NCBI GenBank assembly: GCA_038146805.1
Contig: JAYQSH010000005.1
Span: 397,636 to 461,635, forward strand
DNA: 64,000 bases
Reading direction: 5' to 3'
From: a bacterium
GTDB lineage: Bacteria > Cyanobacteriota > Vampirovibrionia > LMEP-6097
Shown: one piece after another, positions 17,028 through 27,153 of the stretch
How positions within the stretch are numbered: position 1 is the first letter of the stretch
Layout: every line of letters begins with the position of its first letter
The notes under the pieces: model-generated
Database searches by the model: none
What the model was told of the DNA's origin: nothing
The model's input: only the letters and a program-made list of their open reading frames with translations
Translations under genes and position numbers: made by a program

Positions 17028-18392
17028 TTAAATAGCCATTGCTAAACTTTGTTGCTGCTCACGATCAGTCACTGTCTGTTCTTGAGCTTGCCTAAGCTTT
17101 TCAATTTGAGATTCATGTTTTTGTTGAAAGTTTAATTGTTGTTTGTCAGTGTCATAGGTTTTTACTTTATCTTGTTGGTTTGTTTTCATATCAGACCTAT
17201 TTAAATACAGACCTACTCCAAGATTATAAGCAGCCATAGAGAAATTACTCCAAGGCATTATGATATTTTTCAAGCTTGCTGGTATAAATCTTTGAACGAT
17301 ATCCATAAATGTGTTTACCGACAAGAATATCGCTGATGCATTAAAGTAAGGGTCTTTGTGTCCAAAGATACTAAGATCTGCAAAGATACCACCAATATTT
17401 CTTATTGTGCCACCAATCTTATAAGCTAGTCCCTTATTGGCTTTGCCAAGATAACCCAAAATAGATCCAATAATCATGGTGTAACCACTTAAAGCAGTAG
17501 TATGTCCCTTGTCTTTACTTTCGTCACCCTTACAAAGTTCTTGGATATGAGAAATCCCACTTTCTTGACAGAACTTATCGTATCTTTCCGCCATACTACC
17601 ATTTGCTGATTTAAATAATTCTGCAAAAGAAGCAAACTTAAACTTAGACAAGAAATTAGAAATTTGTTTTTTTATATTAGCAAAACTCAAACCGGTTAAA
17701 AATCTTCTTTGCGAACCAATTCCACCTGTAAATAATTCTTTAAATAATTTTTTCATTGCCTCAACATTAGAATCATGATCTTGCCCCATCGTTGGATTTC
17801 TTGTTTCATTTTTATTAGTTAAATCTATATCTAATTTTTCTTTTATATGCTCGTTGTATAATCCCTCTTGCGAACCAACCAATTGAGATATACCAAGCCC
17901 TATCCCTCTTGCCAAGCCCAAATCTTCTGTTCTATTTTCAGCAATAATAAAAATTGGTTCAATAAATCTCGAAATTGCTTCCCATAATCTATTTTTTTTC
18001 AGAGCTTCCCAACCATTAAAACCACAACTAGCTGTCAGAATAACCTTTGAAAAATTCAAAGCTAATTTATCAACAAATTGTCGAACTTTACTATTCTCAA
18101 AATCTTTAAAAAACCATAAGTCAGAAAAACCAGCATAGCAATGTGAAATAGCTGTTGCCACCGGACCTAAATTTATTAATGACCATTTTAAATTATCGTA
18201 AAAACTAAATTTATCCTCTTTAGTTGGAGATTTTTCTTCTTGATGAATTTCTTGCTTAAACTCAATATTAGTTTCTGGCGCCTCAGTATTCTCAGCTAAT
18301 TTTTGACGTGCTATATTAACTGGTTCAGTAGCTGGGCCAGTTTGATCACCAAAATTAATTTGTTTTGGATCAAGCATTAGTATTGCGCCCAA
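17028..18392 (-). CDS. hypothetical membrane-associated protein
   Basis: 454-aa ORF with no recognised domain. Gly-rich hydrophobic stretches (SGYTMIIGSILGYLG, IGGIFADLSIFG). First in-frame ATG at 18377. Confidence 0.55.
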   Translation of the reverse strand: MGAILMLDPKQINFGDQTGPATEPVNIARQKLAENTEAPETNIEFKQEIHQEEKSPTKEDKFSFYDNLKWSLINLGPVATAISHCYAGFSDLWFFKDFENSKVRQFVDKLALNFSKVILTASCGFNGWEALKKNRLWEAISRFIEPIFIIAENRTEDLGLARGIGLGISQLVGSQEGLYNEHIKEKLDIDLTNKNETRNPTMGQDHDSNVEAMKKLFKELFTGGIGSQRRFLTGLSFANIKKQISNFLSKFKFASFAELFKSANGSMAERYDKFCQESGISHIQELCKGDESKDKGHTTALSGYTMIIGSILGYLGKANKGLAYKIGGTIRNIGGIFADLSIFGHKDPYFNASAIFLSVNTFMDIVQRFIPASLKNIIMPWSNFSMAAYNLGVGLYLNRSDMKTNQQDKVKTYDTDKQQLNFQQKHESQIEKLRQAQEQTVTDREQQQSLAMAI

Positions 18393-18520
18393 TATATAAA
18401 GACAATTAGGCTTGATCTTATCTTAGCATAATTCGTAAATACAATAATCTAGCCAAAAAAAGCAAGCATTTTAGGCATAAATTTGGTTTTTCAGATTTAA
18501 AATTAGGGATAATTATAATT

Positions 18521-20626
18521 ATGAACAAAAACCCTCTATTAAATTACCAAGAATTTGTACCCTATGAACAAATCAGCGCCCAAATTATTGAAGAAGCTGT
18601 AATTCAAAGAGTCGAAACAGCAAGAGCAAAATTAGAAGAAATTGTCAAAATTGATCCTAATAATTTAAGTTTTAAAAACACACTTTTTGAATTTATCGAA
18701 CTTGATAATATGGTCGAGAAAGTTTGGAATCCTGTGCAAAATTTATTGTCACTTATGGGCAGTGAAGAAATTAGAGAAGTAGCAAATAAAACCAGACCAA
18801 TTATAGTTCAGTTTTATAACGATTACTCACTTGATGAAAGAGTTTACAAATTAGTAAAAGATTTTTCGCAAAGTGAAGCGGCACAAAATCTTAGCCAAGA
18901 AGAAAAAAGACACCTTGAAAATACTTTGACTGGTTTTAAACTTTCAGGTGCCGAATTAGAAGGTGAAGCAAAAGAAGAATTTAAAAAATTAAATTTAGAA
19001 CTTAGTGAACTATCACAAAAATTTTCTGATAATGCAACAGATTCAAAATTTGAATTAATAGTCAAGGATGAAGACTTAGAAGGCTTATCAAATGATGTAA
19101 TTCAAACAGCGAAAGAACTTGCCAATGAATACAGAAAAAAACTTGGTAGTGAAAAAATCCCAGAGAATGCGGCTATTTTTAATTTAGATTACCCATCTTA
19201 TGGACCTTTTATGAAATTTTCTGCAAAGAGCAAATTGAAAAAATTGTTTTACGAAAATTATTTGCGCAAAGGAACAACTCAAGCAAACAGAGGTTTACTT
19301 GGAACTAAAGAAGATAGTCTTGATAATGAAATCTTGATCGAAAAAATATTTAAAGCCAAACTTAGAAAATCACATTTACTTGGTTTTAAAAACTATGCTG
19401 AACTAAGTTTACAAACAAAAATGGCACCTAGCCCGCAGGAAGTAAAAGAGTTTTTGCAGAGACTTGCTTCAAAAGCAAAATTATTAGCACAACAAGAAAA
19501 TCAAGAACTCATTGAATTTCAAAAAGAAATCAATTACCAAAATTCTGAAAACGACTTTAGCAAGGTTTATCCATGGGACAAAGAATACCTCTCTGAAAAA
19601 TTGCGAGAAAAAAAATATGCTTTTGACACTAACTTAACAAAGCCGTATTTTGAGCTTGAGCAGACGATTACAGGTATGTTTAATATTGCTACGACCTTAT
19701 TCAATATTGAATTTAAAACTAATGAGCAGATAGAAAAATGGCATGAAGATGTCACTGTATATGAGGTTTTTGAAAATCAAGAAAAAATTGGTACTTTTTA
19801 TATGGATTTATTTCCAAGAGATATTAAACGAGGCGGCGCTTGGGTAATGCCATTAGTACAAGCTTGTGAAAATATTCATGGAGAAAAAATTCTACCTCAG
19901 TGCACTCTAAGTTGTAACTTAACTAAGCCAAGTAAAGAGCAGCCATCCTTGCTCAACCATACAGAAGTCACGACTTTATTTCATGAATTTGGGCATGCTT
20001 TACATCATTTATTGTCTAAAGTAAAGCTTGAACCTTTATCAGGTACTAATGTTGAATGGGATTTTGTGGAGTTACCTTCTCAATTAAATGAAAATTTTGT
20101 TTGGGAAAAAGAATCTTTACAAAGTTTCGCAAAACATTTTCAAAGCAAAGAAGCAATCCCTGACGAGCTTTTAGAGAGTATGCTCAAAGCAAGAACTTTT
20201 AATGAAGGGCTTGCCTGTATACGCCAATTAGAATTTGGTCTTTTTGATTTGGCAATTTATATGATAGAAAAACAAGAAGATTTTGAACAACCTTTAGAAA
20301 TTTTCAAAAAAATTGTTACGCAAATTGGTGTTAATGAAGTATGGCAAGGCACAAATTTCCCTTGTGCTTTTTCTCATATTTTTGCTGGTGGTTATAGTGC
20401 TGGCTACTATAGCTACAAATGGGCTGAAGTTTTAGAAGCTGATGCCTTCTCAAGATTTCAAAATGAAGGTGTGTTAAATCCACAAGTAGGCTTAGAATAC
20501 AAAAAAGCAATTTTGGAAAAAGGAGATTCGCAAAAACCAATGGAACTTTTTGTGGAATTTATGCAAAGAGAACCTCGCGAAGAAGCTTTGTTACAACGCA
20601 TGGGACTTGAGGTAGCACAAAAATGA
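18521..20626 (+). CDS. M3-family oligopeptidase (oligopeptidase A / Dcp-like)
   Basis: 701 aa with the HEFGH zinc motif (TTLFHEFGHALHH) in the expected position. Confidence 0.85.
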   Translation: MNKNPLLNYQEFVPYEQISAQIIEEAVIQRVETARAKLEEIVKIDPNNLSFKNTLFEFIELDNMVEKVWNPVQNLLSLMGSEEIREVANKTRPIIVQFYNDYSLDERVYKLVKDFSQSEAAQNLSQEEKRHLENTLTGFKLSGAELEGEAKEEFKKLNLELSELSQKFSDNATDSKFELIVKDEDLEGLSNDVIQTAKELANEYRKKLGSEKIPENAAIFNLDYPSYGPFMKFSAKSKLKKLFYENYLRKGTTQANRGLLGTKEDSLDNEILIEKIFKAKLRKSHLLGFKNYAELSLQTKMAPSPQEVKEFLQRLASKAKLLAQQENQELIEFQKEINYQNSENDFSKVYPWDKEYLSEKLREKKYAFDTNLTKPYFELEQTITGMFNIATTLFNIEFKTNEQIEKWHEDVTVYEVFENQEKIGTFYMDLFPRDIKRGGAWVMPLVQACENIHGEKILPQCTLSCNLTKPSKEQPSLLNHTEVTTLFHEFGHALHHLLSKVKLEPLSGTNVEWDFVELPSQLNENFVWEKESLQSFAKHFQSKEAIPDELLESMLKARTFNEGLACIRQLEFGLFDLAIYMIEKQEDFEQPLEIFKKIVTQIGVNEVWQGTNFPCAFSHIFAGGYSAGYYSYKWAEVLEADAFSRFQNEGVLNPQVGLEYKKAILEKGDSQKPMELFVEFMQREPREEALLQRMGLEVAQK

Positions 20627-20937
20627 TAAAACATTTTCTACTTACTGCCTATGATTACAATGATGCTGAAGCCTATCAAAGGCGCATAGACACTCGAGAA
20701 GAACATTTGAGTTTAATCGCAGAGTTAAAAAAACAAAACAAAGTAATTTTAGGAGCCGCACTTATCGACGACAAAGAAAAAATGATTGGCTCTAGTATTT
20801 TTTTTGTAATGAGTCAAGCAGAATTTGATGATTACCTGAGTAAAGAGCCTTATATTATTAAAAAGGTCTGGCAAAAAATTGATGTTAAAGAATGTAAAAT
20901 CGCACCAAGCTTTGTTGGACTTTTAAACTCCCACTAA
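20623..20937 (+). CDS. YciI-like protein
   Basis: 104 aa. Pattern ...REEHL..I..LK..G.V.LGGAL.. is typical of the YciI family. Overlaps the upstream stop by 4 nt. Confidence 0.55.
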   Translation: MIKHFLLTAYDYNDAEAYQRRIDTREEHLSLIAELKKQNKVILGAALIDDKEKMIGSSIFFVMSQAEFDDYLSKEPYIIKKVWQKIDVKECKIAPSFVGLLNSH

Positions 20938-20985
20938 AACTTAGCATTTGGCTTAAACTTATCTTTGAAATTAGTACACTAAAGG

Positions 20986-21084
20986 GACGGTGTTTGATTC
21001 TTTTGTTAGGCGTGTCTAACCAAACCCTACTTATGCCCAAATCTAAAGACTCGAGATGCTTATTACGGGTTTGGAAGAACGCCC
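20986..21084 (+). repeat. MITE-like element, copy 1 (core 21009-21084 plus 23-bp 5' extension)
   Basis: GACGGTGTTTGATTCTTTTGTTA + GGCGTGTCTAACCAAACCC...GGGTTTGGAAGAACGCC. The core has imperfect terminal inverted repeats and a central CTCGAG. Confidence 0.85.
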
Positions 21085-21122
21085 CTAAAGACGCCACCTC
21101 CATGTGCTTGTATAATATTTTT

Positions 21123-22541
21123 ATGTCTAAATTAAAAATAGATTTACTACTCAGAGAAGAACCCGGCGCAAATGAAGAAATTGGTCTTAATGAACGTAAA
21201 GCTTCAAAGACTCAATATCATATCGACGAAAAACTCTTGCAAGTATTTTTGGGCAAAAAGAAAGATTTGAGTATCAAAAAAATCCGCGAAATACTCTCAA
21301 AAGCAGACTGGAAAAACATTTCAGAAACCGAAGTGGAAATCAATATCAACGATCTTGATGCAGAAAGTGTCGAAGCCGCCTATGAAATAATAGTGCTCAA
21401 AAGCTTTATTTTTGACAAATATAAGTCAGACGCTGGTGCTAGACAAGTACAAGTAAAAAAAGTAAGTTTTAAACCAAGCAAACCAAAAGATTTTGATTAC
21501 GAATATCGCTCTAAGGTCATAGATGCTATTAAATTTTGCAGAGATATAGTAAGCTCAAACGCGAGCACTATTAACCCCGGACAAATGCAAAAATTTGCAG
21601 AAAATTTAGCAAAAGAACACCCAGTAATCACTGTCAAAAGCATAGATGCACAAGAAGCAAAAAAACTTAACATGGAATGTTTACTCGCTGTTGGTGCAGA
21701 GAGTTTAAAGAACTCAAGTCCAAGTTTTCACCCAAGAATAGTCGAATTAAGTTTTCAAGGTGCAAAATACAAAAACTCAAAAAAAGACAAACACATAGCT
21801 TTAGTAGGTAAAGGTATCACCTATGATACTGGTGGCTTATGCTTAAAGCCAACTCAATATATGTTAGACATGAAATCTGACATGACTGGTGCAGCGACAG
21901 TGTTGTCGGTATTTAGTGCCTTGCCAAATATCGCTAAATACTTACCAGACAATATAAAAATTACTGGCATTATGGCTCTAAGCGAAAATGCATTCGGCGC
22001 TAGTAGCTATAAACCGGGGGATGTTTTGAGAGCAATGAATGGCACTACTGTTGAGGTAGTAGATACAGACGCCGAAGGTAGATTAGTTTTGGCAGACGCC
22101 TTAAGCTATATGTCTGCACTAAAAGACCAGCCAAATTATTGCATCGATCTTGCAACACTAACTGGATCTATAGTAGCAAGTCTTGGCGAAATTGCGGCTG
22201 GCGCTATGACTAATAACGATGAATTTAAAGATCAGGTAATTAATGCTTTTCGTAAAGAAGGTGAAAATTTATGGCATATGCCTTTGTTTTCTGAATACAA
22301 AACTTTATTAGATTCAAGTATTGCGGATATCAAACACTGCAACACCAGACCAGATGCACTTTGTGCGGGAATCTTTTTGAAAGAATTTGTTCACAAAAAC
22401 ATCAAATGGTTACATTTAGATATTGCTGGAGTTGGTTTTATCGAAGAAGATGGACTATGGGCTTATAAAGGTGCTACCGGATTTGGCATTAAAGGATTAT
22501 TGAAACTACTAAAAGATTTGGGCGTGCCTCCAAACCCGTAA
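21123..22541 (+). CDS. pepA: leucyl aminopeptidase (M17)
   Basis: VGKGITYDTGG and VVDTDAEGRLVLADAL motifs. Start moved to ATG 21123 because the ORF-track N-terminus (from 20994) is MITE-encoded. The last 7 codons lie in MITE copy 2. Confidence 0.85.
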   Translation: MSKLKIDLLLREEPGANEEIGLNERKASKTQYHIDEKLLQVFLGKKKDLSIKKIREILSKADWKNISETEVEININDLDAESVEAAYEIIVLKSFIFDKYKSDAGARQVQVKKVSFKPSKPKDFDYEYRSKVIDAIKFCRDIVSSNASTINPGQMQKFAENLAKEHPVITVKSIDAQEAKKLNMECLLAVGAESLKNSSPSFHPRIVELSFQGAKYKNSKKDKHIALVGKGITYDTGGLCLKPTQYMLDMKSDMTGAATVLSVFSALPNIAKYLPDNIKITGIMALSENAFGASSYKPGDVLRAMNGTTVEVVDTDAEGRLVLADALSYMSALKDQPNYCIDLATLTGSIVASLGEIAAGAMTNNDEFKDQVINAFRKEGENLWHMPLFSEYKTLLDSSIADIKHCNTRPDALCAGIFLKEFVHKNIKWLHLDIAGVGFIEEDGLWAYKGATGFGIKGLLKLLKDLGVPPNP

Positions 22542-22910
22542 TAAGTATCTCGAGTCTTTAGATTTGGGCATAAGTAGGGTTTGGTTAGACACGCCCATTA
22601 ACTGTGCCATTTTATATATTCTAAATACAAAGTTATTTAGTACTTCTTTGCTATATTTATTTAATTTCAAAAATTGTATCTGAGAAAAATCAGGAATAGC
22701 ACCAATTAAATCTTCTAAACTACTTGTTGCACCAGCTTTGAAAGCAAAAGGTTTTAAAGGATTAATAGAGCGAGACAATAATTTCAAGCTTGCTCTTTTT
22801 TGATCATTAGCAGTTTTTTTTCTTAGCGTAAAATTCATCATCAGCCTGCAACAAGCTTCTGACAAAAGCATATTCAGGATAAAAATCGCATATTTTTGAT
22901 CAATTCTCAT
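22509..22910 (-). CDS. doubtful hypothetical protein
   Basis: 133-aa ORF whose C-terminal ~30 residues (MGVSNQTLLMPKSKDSRYLLRVW..) are MITE sequence. No motif. Confidence 0.25.
   Translation of the reverse strand: MRIDQKYAIFILNMLLSEACCRLMMNFTLRKKTANDQKRASLKLLSRSINPLKPFAFKAGATSSLEDLIGAIPDFSQIQFLKLNKYSKEVLNNFVFRIYKMAQLMGVSNQTLLMPKSKDSRYLLRVWRHAQIF
22520..22595 (-). repeat. MITE-like element, copy 2 (core only, inverted)
   Basis: Reverse complement of the 76-bp core. Overlaps the pepA stop codon. Confidence 0.85.
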
Positions 22911-23014
22911 AAAAAACAGTATCCATATTAATGCATAAATTAATATTTTGTAATATTTATCTTAATTAATTTCTTAACCAAAGCTTAAAAAAAAATTGGT
23001 ATAGGATAATTATT

Positions 23015-23935
23015 ATGACAGATTCAGTTAGCCCTAAAAGTTTAGCACAAGAGTTTGGACGAACGAGAGAAGCTGAACTTAAAGCTAAAAATGATGTCGA
23101 ACAATTTTTAAAAGAGGATGGCATAGAAGATAATGAACAAGAAGATTTATTTCAAGCAATACGAGAATCTGCTAAAAGTTTAAATTTATATCCTGTGATA
23201 AAAGGAAATCAATTTGAAACACCCCAAGAATTTGAGGCTAAAATTCGCCCCAGCTTAGAAGAAGAACAGGAAAAACTAATTGAAAGCCTAGACCAATTTA
23301 GTGAAAAACAAGTTAAATTAGCAGAGCACATAGATCTTTTAGAATCGTTAAAAAAAGGTGGACTTAGTGAAGAGCAGAAAAACGGTTTAAGAGATGCTGG
23401 TTTTGAAGATGTAGAGATAGGAAAATTAAGTAACCGCGCGCAAAGAATTGACAAACAAAAGGAATTAGAAAGTCAATTAGCGAATGCTGAACAAAACGAT
23501 CCTCAAAAAGCGATATTACAAACGAAAATAGAAGCTTTAAAAACAATTACTAAAGCCGAAAACAAAGAAATAAAAAAAGCAGGTTTAAAACCAAAAGAAC
23601 TACAAACAAAAGCTGAAATAAAGGCAAAACTAGCTGACACAACAAAACAACAAGAAAGTCTAGAAAAAGTTAAAACAACTTTAGAAGCTAGAAAAACAGA
23701 AGTGCAAAGATTACTAACTTTAAATGGCACTCCAGAAGCTGAAGGTACCCAAGGTACCCAAGGCAGTCAAGACGATTCAAACCCACAAGCTCAACCTCAA
23801 GCAGACGACGGCGGCTGTCCAGACGGAAACTGCGGTACACAAAGAGGAAGAGGAAGGGCTAAAGCTACTATTATGGCTGTTGCCGCCACTGAACTTGCCG
23901 CTTTACAAATTGATTATTCGCAATTTTTAAGTTGA
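23015..23935 (+). CDS. hypothetical acidic coiled-coil protein
   Basis: 306-aa ORF, E/K/Q-rich, with a GTQGTQGSQ tract and a Cys/Gly/Arg-rich tail. No recognised domain. Confidence 0.55.
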   Translation: MTDSVSPKSLAQEFGRTREAELKAKNDVEQFLKEDGIEDNEQEDLFQAIRESAKSLNLYPVIKGNQFETPQEFEAKIRPSLEEEQEKLIESLDQFSEKQVKLAEHIDLLESLKKGGLSEEQKNGLRDAGFEDVEIGKLSNRAQRIDKQKELESQLANAEQNDPQKAILQTKIEALKTITKAENKEIKKAGLKPKELQTKAEIKAKLADTTKQQESLEKVKTTLEARKTEVQRLLTLNGTPEAEGTQGTQGSQDDSNPQAQPQADDGGCPDGNCGTQRGRGRAKATIMAVAATELAALQIDYSQFLS

Positions 23936-24047
23936 GCATTTATTGAAAAACAAAGTGTTAAGGCTCAAATACGCTTAAAAAACCTTAGTCTATAGCTAAA
24001 AGTTAAACTACTGAGCAAATAAGCTAAAATATTTTAAGTTTATAGAA

Positions 24048-24968
24048 ATGCAAAAAACTAAAAATATTTTAGAAACTAATCTTGCGGGTATCAAAATGAA
24101 AAATCCTATTATGCCTGCTTCTGGCTGTTTTGGTTTTGGCAGAGAATTTGCAGAATTTTATGATTTATCTTGTCTTGGTGCTATTGCGGTCAAAGCAACC
24201 AGCCTTGAAGCACGCGAAGGTAATTGGACACCTCGAGTTGCTGAAACTTATGCTGGAATGATTAATTCTATTGGTTTACAAAATCCGGGTATCGAAAAAG
24301 TTATTCATGAAGAGCTCAAATTTTTAGAACAATTTGATACAGAGATTTTTGTAAATATTGTTGGGCACAGTATCGAAGACTATGCACAAGTGGCACAAAA
24401 AATCTCCGCAGTGCAAAATGTGTCAGCCATCGAACTTAATGTTTCTTGCCCTAATGTTCACGACGGAATTCATTTTGGTTCCAACGCAGAGTTGTTACAC
24501 GACTTAGTAATAGAAGTAAAAAAATATTCTCAAAAACCAGTCTTTGTTAAACTTTCACCAAATGTCAGCGATATAGTAAAAATGGCAAAAGCCTGTCAGC
24601 GCGCAAATGCCGATGGTTTGAGTATGATAAACACCCTTATTGGTATGCGTATTGATTTACACAGCAAAAAACCTATCATTGCTCGTAAAACAGGTGGACT
24701 TTCTGGACCAGCTATCAAACCAATTGCTATTCGCATGATTTATGATGTAAGTCAAGAAGTGAATTTGCCCATCATTGGCATGGGCGGCATTATGAATGTA
24801 GATGATGTACTTGAATTTTTTTATGCGGGCGCTTCGGCTGTTGCTATTGGCACAGCAAACTTTATTGAACCCTTTGCATGCCAAACAATTATTCAAGAAC
24901 TCGAAAATAGACTGGCACAAGAAAACATATCAAATATTCAAGAACTTATTGGGCTTGCCTATAAGTAA
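24048..24968 (+). CDS. pyrD: dihydroorotate dehydrogenase, class 1
   Basis: [32 protein letters not shown] and IIGMGGI motifs. No adjacent pyrK. Confidence 0.88.
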   Translation: MQKTKNILETNLAGIKMKNPIMPASGCFGFGREFAEFYDLSCLGAIAVKATSLEAREGNWTPRVAETYAGMINSIGLQNPGIEKVIHEELKFLEQFDTEIFVNIVGHSIEDYAQVAQKISAVQNVSAIELNVSCPNVHDGIHFGSNAELLHDLVIEVKKYSQKPVFVKLSPNVSDIVKMAKACQRANADGLSMINTLIGMRIDLHSKKPIIARKTGGLSGPAIKPIAIRMIYDVSQEVNLPIIGMGGIMNVDDVLEFFYAGASAVAIGTANFIEPFACQTIIQELENRLAQENISNIQELIGLAYK

Positions 24969-24978
24969 AATTGCTAAT

Positions 24979-25752
24979 TTATTTTCTCCTTAGTTTTCTT
25001 TGTCTGCTTTTTTCTGTTTTAGCTCTTTTAGCTTTGTTTCTTGCGATTTTTTGGCGTTTCTTGGTTTCTGCTTCTTTTTGATCACTTCTTACTTGCGGGT
25101 CTTTTCTTTTTGTGCCATCAGGATTTCTGTTTAATGTAAGGATTTCTCTCACTGTCTGAGATGCGCCAAAAAGCTTTTTAGACATTACAGATTTCAAATT
25201 ATTAAATTGCCCTTGATAAATTTTTGTATCAAATTCATCTTTAATTTTTTTAGACAATAATGCAAAAAATTCACCTAAAATTTCTAAAAGTAATTTGGAA
25301 GCTTCTTCTAATTTTTGTTTTTGTTGTATTTTGTTTTTAAAATTTTGCTTTATTATAATGCCTATAAATTTATCTAAACTAACAAACAAGTGCATGAATT
25401 GATCGACCAATTTTTTTTCTTCTTTAGTTAAACGTCTATCATATTCAATCAATTCATTTATAGTAAATGATATTGGAACAGCTGAGGCTGAGAAAAATTT
25501 GGTTTTAGGGCAAGTAACCCATTCGTGTTGTTTTTTGTCATAGTAAGTATCTTCTGATGAATTACTATCTTGAGTTTCTTCATATTGACAAGCTATAGCA
25601 TGCAACTCTTTTACAGCTCTATTTGTTTCCTCGACAGCATCGTTAAAAGTAGGTGTATTAATAATAGTTGGCAGGTTTTCGATAGCAGGCAAAACCCTTG
25701 TACAAAGGCTGTTATAAAATTTATCAACTATATTAGTATTAGCAGAACTCAC
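24979..25752 (-). CDS. hypothetical protein with very basic C-terminus
   Basis: 257-aa ORF. The tail KRQKIARNKAKRAKTEKSRQRKLRRK is highly basic. No recognised domain. Confidence 0.5.
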   Translation of the reverse strand: MSSANTNIVDKFYNSLCTRVLPAIENLPTIINTPTFNDAVEETNRAVKELHAIACQYEETQDSNSSEDTYYDKKQHEWVTCPKTKFFSASAVPISFTINELIEYDRRLTKEEKKLVDQFMHLFVSLDKFIGIIIKQNFKNKIQQKQKLEEASKLLLEILGEFFALLSKKIKDEFDTKIYQGQFNNLKSVMSKKLFGASQTVREILTLNRNPDGTKRKDPQVRSDQKEAETKKRQKIARNKAKRAKTEKSRQRKLRRK

Positions 25753-25797
25753 TGGATTATTATTTTAACCCAAATCCTGCTAAAATATCAATAAGCA

Positions 25798-26499
25798 ATG
25801 CAAAAAAACAATAATCTCGATAAAACCATTATTGCTCTTGACTTTTCAGATTTAGCTAAATTAACAGAATTTATTGATAGTTTTGACTACCAACAAGAGC
25901 TTAGACCAAGATTTGTCAAAGTTGGAATGGAGCTGTTTTATGCTCAAGGTAGAAAAATTATTGAATACCTCAAAGAAAAAAATTTAAAGATTTTTTTGGA
26001 CTTAAAAGTTCATGATATTCCAAACACAGCATTTAAAGCTTTAACTGCACTAAAAAATCTTGAAGTAGATATTTTAAATCTGCATGCGGCTGGTGGAATT
26101 GCTATGATGCAAAAAGCCAAAGAGGCTCTAGCAGACAGCAAAACAAAATTAATTGCAGTAACAATTTTAACGAGCCTTGATGATCAAGCACTCACACAAG
26201 AACTACTAATAAACAAAAATACACAAGAAACAGTTTTGCATTACGCCCAAAACGCCTACCAAGCAGGACTTGACGGTATAGTATGCTCAGCTCATGAAGC
26301 ACAAAGTATCAAAGATAGTATTCACCCAGATTTTCTAACAGTGTGCCCAGGTATTAGGTTTGCTGATGGCAATAGCCAAGATCAAAAAAGAGTTGCCGAT
26401 CCAGCATGGGCACTAGCAAACGGATGTGATTATATTGTTATGGGTAGAGCAATAACTCAAGCTAGCGATAAAGCTCAAGCACTTATGAGCTTGCTATAA
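25798..26499 (+). CDS. pyrF: orotidine-5'-phosphate decarboxylase
   Basis: IIALD, FLDLKVHDIPNT and VMGRAI motifs. Confidence 0.88.
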   Translation: MQKNNNLDKTIIALDFSDLAKLTEFIDSFDYQQELRPRFVKVGMELFYAQGRKIIEYLKEKNLKIFLDLKVHDIPNTAFKALTALKNLEVDILNLHAAGGIAMMQKAKEALADSKTKLIAVTILTSLDDQALTQELLINKNTQETVLHYAQNAYQAGLDGIVCSAHEAQSIKDSIHPDFLTVCPGIRFADGNSQDQKRVADPAWALANGCDYIVMGRAITQASDKAQALMSLL

Positions 26500-26505
26500 T
26501 TTTTT

Positions 26506-27153
26506 ATGTATATGAATAGTCAAGAAACACAAGTAGATGCAAAAAAAATTGCCAAATTTTTATTAGAAACAAAAGCAGTTTTTTTAAGTCCTCAAGAACC
26601 TTTCACTTGGGCATCTGGCATTAAAGCCCCGATTTATTGTGATAATCGAATTTTATTGTCGTTCCCAGAAATTAGGAGTCAAATTATTGATGCTTTTGTC
26701 ATGAAAATCAAAGAAAATTTCCCAAATGCAGATTACATTGCAGGAGTTGCAACAGCTGGTATCGCCCATGCCGCTTTGATCGCAGAGAAAATGCAATTGC
26801 CTATGATTTATATTAGAGCTTCTGCAAAAGACCATGGCAGAGCAAAACAAATCGAAGGTAAATTAAAAGCAAATGCCAAAATTGTTGTCATTGAAGATTT
26901 AATTTCAACAGCTTCAAGCTCACTACAAGCAATCAAAGCACTTGATACAGAAGAGGTAAATGTCTTAGGTCTTTGCGCTATCTTTAGTTACAATTTGCAA
27001 AAAGCCACAAACAATTTAGCAAACGCTCAAATCAAAGCTGTCACTTTATCAAACTATCAAAGCTTAATTCAAACTGCACTAGAAGAAAATTATATAAACT
27101 CTGAAGAGTTAAAAATCTTAGAAAACTGGATGCAAGAACCTTCTAAGGTCTAA
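26506..27153 (+). CDS. pyrE: orotate phosphoribosyltransferase
   Basis: PRPP-binding motif KIVVIEDLISTASS and the typical OPRT N-terminal region. Immediately follows pyrF. Confidence 0.85.
   Translation: MYMNSQETQVDAKKIAKFLLETKAVFLSPQEPFTWASGIKAPIYCDNRILLSFPEIRSQIIDAFVMKIKENFPNADYIAGVATAGIAHAALIAEKMQLPMIYIRASAKDHGRAKQIEGKLKANAKIVVIEDLISTASSSLQAIKALDTEEVNVLGLCAIFSYNLQKATNNLANAQIKAVTLSNYQSLIQTALEENYINSEELKILENWMQEPSKV

Noticed and set aside
20994-21122. ORF-track N-terminal extension of pepA, and ORF 49087..49269
   Set aside because: The extension (20994-21122) consists mostly, and ORF 49087..49269 in its C-terminal half, of the MITE repeat (peptide LLGVSNQTLLMPKSKDSR(C/Y)LLRVWK), so neither is genuine coding sequence.
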